Positions 48,909-56,826 of a stretch of DNA of 64,000 nucleotides are shown here, one piece after another. A program made the position numbers and the translations under genes. The notes under the pieces are model-generated. The model saw only the letters and a list, made by a program, of their open reading frames with translations, had not been told where the DNA came from and ran no database searches. Source of the stretch: Flavobacteriales bacterium (lineage in GTDB: Bacteria > Bacteroidota > Bacteroidia > Flavobacteriales > Flavobacteriaceae); contig JANNWH010000014.1 in NCBI GenBank assembly GCA_031408335.1, forward strand, positions 8,784 to 72,783, read 5' to 3'. Numbering within the stretch: position 1 is the first letter of the stretch; each line of letters starts with the position of its first letter.

Positions 48909-49718
48909 ATGCAGGAAAATAGTTTGAGAAAGATGCAGGATGCAGATTTCCTGTATAAAAAGATTGTTGCCATGTCATCTTCGTTTTTTATGAACGATAC
49001 TATTGGAGAGGTAGAACGATTTAGAGAAGAAGCGAATCTGCTACTTAACGGAATAAGAGGTACCGATGCGGTTATTGGGATATTTGATCACCTCAATTAC
49101 ACTCCAGTTTTAGAAGTAGGAGAAAAAGAATTTTGGGGTGAACTTCCCGAAGTACCTCAAGCTGAGAGAATGATTCAGATTATGAGCTTGCTTGAAAAAG
49201 AGTATTTGACTTTTTTTACCGATTCCGTAAAGTGGTTCACTGGAATGCTAGAGGAGATTCCTTTTGCTCAAAGAATGAACATACAAATCTTTCACTGTGG
49301 CATTAGATACACGCTTTTGGATGGCAAACCAATCTGCCTTTTTTCGAAAGGTTCTCCAATTCATTACGATGAAAATAGGAAATTTAATTACACATTTAAT
49401 TATGTTCAAAACATCAATCACCTTCTTAAAAAGAATTTTAGGGAATATTGGATACGGATCTCACATGGAGAAAACAGTGAATATATTCACACATTTCATT
49501 CCCAAGATAAACTGTATTCCAATAAAGATTTATTGTCTGTAAGGGAAAAAGAGATTTTAAGACTAATCGCTGATGATTTGGATACAAAAGAGATAGCTGA
49601 AAAATTATTTATTAGTATAAATACCGTTGGTAATCATCGTGGAAAGATGATTGACAAAATGGGAGTTAGAGATTCAACGGCATTGGTACAAATGGCAAAA
49701 ATGTCTGGAATTATATAA
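48909..49718 (+). CDS. LuxR-family regulator with uncharacterised N-terminal sensor domain
   Basis: C-terminal LSVREKEILRLIA...IAEKLFISINTVGNHR. Confidence 0.88.
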   Translation: MQENSLRKMQDADFLYKKIVAMSSSFFMNDTIGEVERFREEANLLLNGIRGTDAVIGIFDHLNYTPVLEVGEKEFWGELPEVPQAERMIQIMSLLEKEYLTFFTDSVKWFTGMLEEIPFAQRMNIQIFHCGIRYTLLDGKPICLFSKGSPIHYDENRKFNYTFNYVQNINHLLKKNFREYWIRISHGENSEYIHTFHSQDKLYSNKDLLSVREKEILRLIADDLDTKEIAEKLFISINTVGNHRGKMIDKMGVRDSTALVQMAKMSGII

Positions 49719-49809
49719 AAATAGTACTTTGTTTATACTAAAACAATAATTCTTAATAATATATATAAATGATTAAATATGACTTAATCCTTTTATTAAA
49801 TGAATAACA

Positions 49810-52800
49810 TTATTTCTTCAAAACCTTTTTGTATTTTATAAAAGCAAACGTCGCTAAAACAATAACAAATCCAAGCGAATAGAAAACAAAAGATGGAGTT
49901 ACTACTTTATCACCACTGGCATAAGAATGCAATCCTGTGAGGTAAAAATTCACACCAAAATACGTCATCATTATCGAATAAAAAGCCAAAACACTCATCA
50001 AATTAAAAACCCATTTGCCTCGCAAAGCAGGAACAAATCGTGCATGAATAACAAAAGCATAAATCATAATACTAATTAAAGCCCAAGTTTCTTTTGGATC
50101 CCAACCCCAATAACGTCCCCAACTTTCGTTTGCCCATTGTCCGCCTAAAAAGTTACCAATAGTTAACATTACTAGTCCAATGGTTAAAGCCATTTCGTTG
50201 ATATAGGTAATCTCTTGAATATGCAAATCCATTTTCACCTTATTCTTTTCATTAACAAATAGCATAAGTACTAACGAAACCAATCCTAAAATCATTCCTA
50301 ATGTAAACGGACCATAACTTGCTACAATGACAGCAACATGAATCATTAACCAATACGAATTTAAAACAGGTTGCAAATTAGCAATGGCTGGATCCATCCA
50401 ATTCCAATGCGCAATCATTAAAATCATTGAAGTTACAAACGTTCCTGAGGCGATTGTTAATTTTGATTTTCTGTCAAAAGCCAATGTAAAAAACATAGTT
50501 GCCCAAGCTACATAAATCATACTTTCATAAGCATCACTCCATGGTGCGTGACCAGAAATGTACCAACGAACTATTAATCCTAAAGTATGAATTCCGAAAA
50601 GCAAACCAATAATAATATGAAATCCGTTTACTACAAAGCGAAGTATTTTGCTTTCAAAAAAGATATTTACAATAACAATCAAAAGCATAATACAACCAAA
50701 AGTCATGTACAACCAAAATAAGTTTTTGAAAACATCGTATTTATTATACAGTATTTCTGATGAAATTTTGTCTTCACTTGGTCGGATTTTACTACCATAT
50801 CTTATTTGAAATTTCTCCAAACCTAAAACCATGGTATTTGCTAATGTATAATCTTTAGTTTTTGAAGCATTTGCTAATGATTCTAAATACAAAGGAAAAG
50901 CCGATTTAATAGTATCTAAAGCGGTTCCGGTTAGTTCGTTTAATTCTAAGTTAGAAACCCATTTATTATTTTTATCATTCGGAATTGGATAAATTTTTAG
51001 AATACTACCAAATAAAGCTGAATTCAAAAGATTCACTTTTTTATCGGTTTCTATAAAATCTTTTTGAAATTGATTCGGAATTGCCGATTTGTAGGCTTCA
51101 TCTAAATAAGGAGACAATTTATAATTTCCTTTGGCATCAAAAAAACTTTTAAAACTAACATATTTATCTTTTGGCTTTGCTCCTATTATTTTTCGAATAC
51201 TGTCGTTACCATTTTTAATGTAAATCAACGGAACTTCAATCCATGCAAAAGGAAATTGCTTAATAGATAAAAATACCTGATCAGAATTCATTCCGTTATA
51301 ACCGTCTTTTTTACTTACTTTTCGCAATAATTCAGACGAAAAAGTATTGATTGGTTTCATTCTTCCACCATCATCTTGAATTACTAATCGTCCAAATTTT
51401 TCCGCCTGAAGTTCGGGTACTTTGTATTTGGTTATAGAATCTAAATAATTAATATTAGCATTATTTGTTGGATGATTTTGAGAAAATCCATTTAAAGAAA
51501 ATAAAATAAAGAGTACAGAAAGTAGTTTTGATTTCTTAGATTTTACATTTTCTAGTTTTCTTTTCAAATCTGCAAAACGAGAATGTTTGGTAAATAAAAT
51601 TGCCATCATAGCAAAAAACAACATAAAGTAACCAATGTAGGTTATTAAAGTTCCCCAAAAATCGTGGTTGACAGAAAGTATTGTTCCTTTTTCATCTGGA
51701 TCGAATGACGCTTGAAAAAAACGATAACCTTTATGATCTAGAATATTATTCATGTAAATGTGTGAATTGAAGCTTTTAGGCTGATCAAGAACAGTGACTT
51801 TACTCTCGTAAGAAGAATAACTTTTTTCAGTTCCTGGATATTTTTTCCCAATAAAGTCATTCAGTTTAATACTAAATGGCAAATTATACACTTTACTTCC
51901 GTAGAATAGAGTAAAATCGAGTTTGCCAACTTTAACAACTTTGGGTTGACCAATACTTCCTTTAGAACCAACAAGCGTAATTTCTTTAGTTTCACCATCT
52001 GATTCAACGGATAGCGTTAAAGCATCTTCCCCTTTTTTATTTTTATAATCACCACTCGATTTAAAAGATTTCTTTCCTGTTAAAGGAACTTCCGGAAAAA
52101 CAAACTGTGCGCCACCAACACTATACAACGAACGATACATCAATTTTTGCAACGAATCTCGGACTACTTTCCCTTGAAATTTATCAGCCATTCTCATAAA
52201 TTGACCATCAAAAGGAGTGGTTATTGTATTGTTTTTAGAATCGATGTTTATTGCGCCTTTGGTTGGAATATCTAAAGCAAAAAGTAAGTTATGAATATTT
52301 TGAACTTCACCCGCTTTTAAATAATGTTCGTGTCGAGAACCTTCGCTAGATTCTACTAATTTTATATACAAATCTCCTTTATTGGATGCAACTACGGTTT
52401 CTTTTGCATCCATTACAAAATCCTTGTAGCTTATTTCAAAAGGAGTTTTATCGAATTTTTCATTGATAGAAAAGTTATTATTAGTGGCTTGAGATAATAA
52501 CAAAGATTTTTCAATTGTACGTCGTTTAATTTGACCACGGAAATCACCATCAATAAAAACGGTTAAATAATTTTTATCAGAAAAAAACTGATTTGAAGAT
52601 GCTCCTTCTCGAATTGGCATCATTCCTTCATAACTTATGTAACGTGTAATTATAGCACCTAAAATAATAAATACAAAAGAAAAATGCAACAATAAAGTAG
52701 CCCATTTTTCTTTTTTAAATAACTGATAGCGTTTCATATTTCCGAAGAAATTAATAAAGAAAAACAGATGGATCGCTTCAAACCACCATGAATTATAAAT

Positions 52801-52929
52801 AATTATTCTAGCAGTATCGGTATTATAATCGTTTTCAATAAAGGTTCCAATTGCCATTGAAGCGGCATACGTTAAAAATAACATAGCCATTAAACGAGTT
52901 GAGAAAAGAATAGATTTTAATTTTTCCAT
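49810..52929 (-). CDS. ccsA: Cytochrome c biogenesis CcsB-CcsA fusion (System II)
   Basis: SWWFE, GYRFFQAS, WANESWGRYWGWDPKETW, GLHSY; ATG at 52929, -7 box TACTTTTG at 52971-52978. Confidence 0.92.
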   Translation of the reverse strand: MEKLKSILFSTRLMAMLFLTYAASMAIGTFIENDYNTDTARIIIYNSWWFEAIHLFFFINFFGNMKRYQLFKKEKWATLLLHFSFVFIILGAIITRYISYEGMMPIREGASSNQFFSDKNYLTVFIDGDFRGQIKRRTIEKSLLLSQATNNNFSINEKFDKTPFEISYKDFVMDAKETVVASNKGDLYIKLVESSEGSRHEHYLKAGEVQNIHNLLFALDIPTKGAINIDSKNNTITTPFDGQFMRMADKFQGKVVRDSLQKLMYRSLYSVGGAQFVFPEVPLTGKKSFKSSGDYKNKKGEDALTLSVESDGETKEITLVGSKGSIGQPKVVKVGKLDFTLFYGSKVYNLPFSIKLNDFIGKKYPGTEKSYSSYESKVTVLDQPKSFNSHIYMNNILDHKGYRFFQASFDPDEKGTILSVNHDFWGTLITYIGYFMLFFAMMAILFTKHSRFADLKRKLENVKSKKSKLLSVLFILFSLNGFSQNHPTNNANINYLDSITKYKVPELQAEKFGRLVIQDDGGRMKPINTFSSELLRKVSKKDGYNGMNSDQVFLSIKQFPFAWIEVPLIYIKNGNDSIRKIIGAKPKDKYVSFKSFFDAKGNYKLSPYLDEAYKSAIPNQFQKDFIETDKKVNLLNSALFGSILKIYPIPNDKNNKWVSNLELNELTGTALDTIKSAFPLYLESLANASKTKDYTLANTMVLGLEKFQIRYGSKIRPSEDKISSEILYNKYDVFKNLFWLYMTFGCIMLLIVIVNIFFESKILRFVVNGFHIIIGLLFGIHTLGLIVRWYISGHAPWSDAYESMIYVAWATMFFTLAFDRKSKLTIASGTFVTSMILMIAHWNWMDPAIANLQPVLNSYWLMIHVAVIVASYGPFTLGMILGLVSLVLMLFVNEKNKVKMDLHIQEITYINEMALTIGLVMLTIGNFLGGQWANESWGRYWGWDPKETWALISIMIYAFVIHARFVPALRGKWVFNLMSVLAFYSIMMTYFGVNFYLTGLHSYASGDKVVTPSFVFYSLGFVIVLATFAFIKYKKVLKK

Positions 52930-53082
52930 TGAAAAATATAATAGTTTTAATTCCCGTGTCTTCGGGAGCACAAAAGTAAAATAAAATTGTTGATTTTTAG
53001 GTTTAATAGTTGTCGATTTAAGTGTTTTTTAAGAGACGTTGACTAAATATTTTTATTCAAATAAAATTAATAATTTAGCAAA

Positions 53083-53844
53083 ATGTTAGAAGTAGTGATA
53101 ATTGGTTCAGGAAATGTAGCACAACATTTGATAAAAGCTTTCAAAAAAAGTCGGAAAATCAAATTAGTTCAAGTATTTGCTCGAAATAAAGAAGCGATTT
53201 CGCATCTAATGCCAATTAGCAAAATTACTTCTGATTATGCTAATTTAAAAGAAGTTTCTTTGTACATAATAGCTGTTTCTGATAATGCTGTTGTAGAAGT
53301 TTCGTCCAAAATTCCTTATTCGAGTAAAATGGTGTTACATACTTCTGGAAGTATTGCCATTTCTGATTTGGATTCTAAAAACGTTCGAGGTTCCTTTTAT
53401 CCAGTTCAAACTTTTTCAAAAACTAAAAATATAGACTTTAGAAAAATTCCAATTTGCCTCGAAATCGAACAAGAATCACTATATAAAGTTTTGGATAGTA
53501 TTGCGTTTTCTATTTCAGATATCGTATATAAAATAACTTCCGAACAACGAAAAGCATTACACATTGCAGCCGTTTTTGTAAATAATTTTTCGAATCATTT
53601 ATACCAAATTGGAAACGATATTTGTGATGAAAATCAAGTTTCTTTTGCTATTTTAAAACCGTTAATTACTGAAACTGCTAATAAAGTGATGAAGCTTTCT
53701 CCAATTGATGCTCAAACTGGACCCGCAAAACGAAACGATTCACAAACAATCAACTTACATTTGAATTTTCTTACCAATGAAAATCAAAAAGAAATTTACA
53801 AATTACTCACTAAATCCATAATTGACAATGGCAAAAAGTTATAA
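53083..53844 (+). CDS. Rossmann-like and DUF2520 domain protein
   Basis: IIGSGNVA, LHTSGS, YPVQTFSK, LHIAAVF.NNF.NHL, QTGPAKR. Confidence 0.9.
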   Translation: MLEVVIIGSGNVAQHLIKAFKKSRKIKLVQVFARNKEAISHLMPISKITSDYANLKEVSLYIIAVSDNAVVEVSSKIPYSSKMVLHTSGSIAISDLDSKNVRGSFYPVQTFSKTKNIDFRKIPICLEIEQESLYKVLDSIAFSISDIVYKITSEQRKALHIAAVFVNNFSNHLYQIGNDICDENQVSFAILKPLITETANKVMKLSPIDAQTGPAKRNDSQTINLHLNFLTNENQKEIYKLLTKSIIDNGKKL

Positions 53845-54355
53845 AGAACTCATGAATTCCATCACTACTTTTATTTTTGATATTGATGGAGTACTTACCG
53901 ACGGAACCGTTCACGTTTCTCCAATAGGCGAAATGCTTCGTGAAATGAACATTCGCGACGGATTTGCCATGAAAGCAGCATTAGAAAGTGGCTACAAAGT
54001 TTGCATTATTTCGGGTGGAAGTAATGAAGGCGTTCGTATTCGATTAAAAAATCTTGGTATTACCGATATCCATTTAGGAACTCCCGATAAAGTAGCAACC
54101 TTTAAAGAATACATCGAATTGTATACTGTTAAAGCAGAAAATGTGTTGTATATGGGCGATGATATTCCCGATTTTCATGTCATGCAATTAGTCGGTTTAC
54201 CAACTTGTCCACAAGATGCAGTTCCTGAAATAAAAGCGATTTCAACCTATATTTCTCATAGAAATGGTGGAAAAGGTGCTGTTCGTGATGTAATTGAACA
54301 AGTTATGAAAGTACAAGGAAAATGGCATTTGTATTATAATGGAAAGTTTGATTAG
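53828..54355 (+). CDS. kdsC: KdsC-family HAD phosphatase
   Basis: FDIDGVLTDG, DGFAM, YMGDDIPD, GGKGAVRDV. Confidence 0.9.
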   Translation: MAKSYKELMNSITTFIFDIDGVLTDGTVHVSPIGEMLREMNIRDGFAMKAALESGYKVCIISGGSNEGVRIRLKNLGITDIHLGTPDKVATFKEYIELYTVKAENVLYMGDDIPDFHVMQLVGLPTCPQDAVPEIKAISTYISHRNGGKGAVRDVIEQVMKVQGKWHLYYNGKFD

Positions 54356-54359
54356 TAAT

Positions 54360-54389
54360 GTTCAGTGCTCAGTCCCGAAGCTTCGGGAC
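54360..54389. repeat. Inverted heptamer copies plus perfect 18-bp palindrome upstream of four-helix gene 2
   Basis: GTTCAGT GCTCAGT (reverse complement of ACTGAAC) then GTCCCGAAGCTTCGGGAC. Confidence 0.75.
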
Positions 54390-54422
54390 AGTTGACAGTT
54401 ACTTTAGATTTAAATAAATAAA

Positions 54423-54800
54423 ATGACATTTCAAGACTTATTAGCCTATCAAAAATCATTTGCCTTAGCAATGAAAATATATAACATATCAAAATTATTT
54501 CCAAAAGAAGAAACATATTCTTTAACTGATCAAATTAGACGTTCTTCAAGGAGTGTTTCTGCAAATATCGCAGAAGCATACAGAAAAAGAGATTATCCAA
54601 AACATTTTCACAGTAAACTAACAGATGCCGATGCAGAAAATTCAGAAACACAAGTATGGCTTGAATTCTCATACAATTGTGAATATATAACTCAAGTCAT
54701 TTTCTATGAACTAATCCAAGATTCTAATGAAGTCGGAAAACTCATAAATTATATGATACAAAATCCTCAAAAATTTGGAGTAAATTCAAATAATTCGTAA
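54423..54800 (+). CDS. Four-helix-bundle protein (23S rRNA IVP/TIGR02436-like)
   Basis: FQDLLAYQKS, FPKEETYSLTDQIRRSSRSVSANIAEA, ENSETQVWLEF, EVGKLINYMIQNP.KF. Confidence 0.92.
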   Translation: MTFQDLLAYQKSFALAMKIYNISKLFPKEETYSLTDQIRRSSRSVSANIAEAYRKRDYPKHFHSKLTDADAENSETQVWLEFSYNCEYITQVIFYELIQDSNEVGKLINYMIQNPQKFGVNSNNS

Positions 54801-54818
54801 ATTGTTTAACTAAATTAA

Positions 54819-54940
54819 ACTGAACACTGAACACTGAACACTGAACACTGAACACTGAACACTGAACACTGAACACTGAACACTGAACACTGAACACTGA
54901 ACACTGAACACTGAACACTGAACACTGAACACTGAACACT
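54819..54940. repeat. Perfect tandem repeat (ACTGAAC)x17 + ACT
   Basis: Counted directly; ends 4 nt before the ATG at 54945. Confidence 0.97.
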
Positions 54941-54944
54941 CAAT

Positions 54945-55880
54945 ATGAAATACCTAAAACTCATTCGTTACCAAAACTTACTACTACTCGCCTTAATGCA
55001 ACTTGTTTTTCGTTATGGTTTTCTAAAATACCAAGACATTTGGCTTTCACTAAGTGATTGGCAATATGCATTATTAGTTGTATCGACTGTTTTAATTGCA
55101 GCTGGTGGTTATGTAATTAATGATATTTTTGATCAAGAAACAGATATAATTAATAACCCAAAAAACACTATAATTGGAAATTCAATTTCTGAAGGAAACG
55201 CATATTATATTTATGTAGGCTTAACTATAACAGGAGTTGCTATCGGAATGTATTTGTCTAATGTAATTCAGAAACCAGGATTTGTAGTGCTTTTCATTTT
55301 AATTGCAGCATTACTTTATTTTTATGCTTCAACTTTAAAACAAACATTACTTCTTGGTAATATTTTAGTAGCTTCTTTACTTAGTTTTAGTGTTTTACTA
55401 ATTGGATTTTTCGACTTATATCCAGCAACTTATGATGGAAATGTACAAAAAATGTCGCTAGTGTTTTCCATACTAAAAGATTATGCCATTTTTGCTTTTA
55501 TGTTAAATTTTATTCGTGAAATTGTTAAAGATTTAGAAGATGTAAATGGCGATTATAATTTAAAAATGAGCACCTTGCCAATTGTGATTGGCATACATAA
55601 AACTTCAAAAGTAGTATTTGTTTTACTACTTATTTCCATTGTTATTTTAGGTTTTTATTTATATGCTAACGTTATGCAAAACAGTTTGTATTTTGCATCT
55701 GTATTTGCATTAATTTTTATACTAACACCTTTAATTTACTGTTCAATTCAAATGTGGAATGCAAAAATTAAAAAGGATTTTAATCATGTTAGTACCGTTT
55801 TAAAATTCGTAATTTTCTTCGGGATACTATCAATAATTGTAATTAATCAAAATATAATTTACAATGTTACCAAAGTATAA
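54945..55880 (+). CDS. UbiA-family prenyltransferase (DGGGP synthase-like)
   Basis: AAGGYVINDIFDQETD, REIVKDLEDVNGD; multiple TM helices. Confidence 0.9.
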   Translation: MKYLKLIRYQNLLLLALMQLVFRYGFLKYQDIWLSLSDWQYALLVVSTVLIAAGGYVINDIFDQETDIINNPKNTIIGNSISEGNAYYIYVGLTITGVAIGMYLSNVIQKPGFVVLFILIAALLYFYASTLKQTLLLGNILVASLLSFSVLLIGFFDLYPATYDGNVQKMSLVFSILKDYAIFAFMLNFIREIVKDLEDVNGDYNLKMSTLPIVIGIHKTSKVVFVLLLISIVILGFYLYANVMQNSLYFASVFALIFILTPLIYCSIQMWNAKIKKDFNHVSTVLKFVIFFGILSIIVINQNIIYNVTKV

Positions 55881-56460
55881 AATAATACTCGCATCGGGTT
55901 CACCAAGAAGGCAACAGTTTTTTAAAGATTTAGATATTTCTAAAAACTTTATGTTTGAAATTCGACTGAAAGAAATTGAAGAACTATATCCAAAAGAGTT
56001 AAAAGCAGCAGAAATAACCAATTATTTGGCACAATTAAAAGCCAAAGCATTTGATGGTGAAATAAAAGAAAATGAGTTATTAGTAACGAGCGATACTATT
56101 GTTTGGTTAAATAACAAAGCAGTAGGGAAACCCAAAAATTATGACGATGCATTTCAAATTTTAAAAGAGTTATCCAATACAACGCATCAAGTAATTACTT
56201 CGGTTTGTTTTACTACTATTGATTCATCTGAAACTATATATGATGTAACAAAAGTTACTTTTAATGAGTTATCTGAAAAAGCTATACATTACTATATAAC
56301 AAATTACCAACCTTTTGACAAAGCTGGAGCATACGGAATTCAAGATTGGATTGGGTTAGTTGGAATTTCAAAAATTGAAGGATCGTATACAAATGTTGTT
56401 GGTTTGCCTACCGAAAAAGTTTACCATTATTTAACACAACATTTTGCCAATTATAACTAA
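55864..56460 (+). CDS. maf: Maf-like nucleoside triphosphate pyrophosphatase
   Basis: LASGSPRR, TSDTIV, DKAGAYGIQ, NVVGLP. Confidence 0.93.
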   Translation: MLPKYKIILASGSPRRQQFFKDLDISKNFMFEIRLKEIEELYPKELKAAEITNYLAQLKAKAFDGEIKENELLVTSDTIVWLNNKAVGKPKNYDDAFQILKELSNTTHQVITSVCFTTIDSSETIYDVTKVTFNELSEKAIHYYITNYQPFDKAGAYGIQDWIGLVGISKIEGSYTNVVGLPTEKVYHYLTQHFANYN

Positions 56461-56488
56461 TTTTACATTCTAAATTTAAGAAAAATCA

Positions 56489-56734
56489 ATGGAGACGGAA
56501 GCCGAAATTAACGCCAAAATACTGAAATTAACAATGGTTATTCGAGATAATTATCCCGAATTATACGAATACATAAACGAAATGCCTGTTACAATTCCGG
56601 TTGACAATAATCCAGAGATTAATATAAAAAATCTGCTGAAATACTACCATTCACTTTTAACTTGGTTTAGAAATTACGTAGCAGAACATCAATTAAATTA
56701 CATCAACCAACGATCAAAATCGGGACATCTTTAA
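56489..56734 (+). CDS. Small hypothetical protein
   Basis: 81 aa ORF; YPELYEYINEMPVTIP motif. Confidence 0.7.
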   Translation: METEAEINAKILKLTMVIRDNYPELYEYINEMPVTIPVDNNPEINIKNLLKYYHSLLTWFRNYVAEHQLNYINQRSKSGHL

Positions 56735-56826
56735 TTTCAATTTTATTTTTGTTAAAGAAAATCAAAAAGCATTTTTCAACTTACATAAATTCATATATTT
56801 GGTTCCGATGTAAAATCAAATAGCAA

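Noticed and set aside
54742-54939. 65-aa ORF MFSVQCSVFSVQC... on the minus strand
   Set aside because: It is simply the translation of the stop-free heptamer array; no evidence of a real gene
54819-54940. Possible CRISPR array
   Set aside because: Contiguous 7-bp units with no spacers and no cas genes
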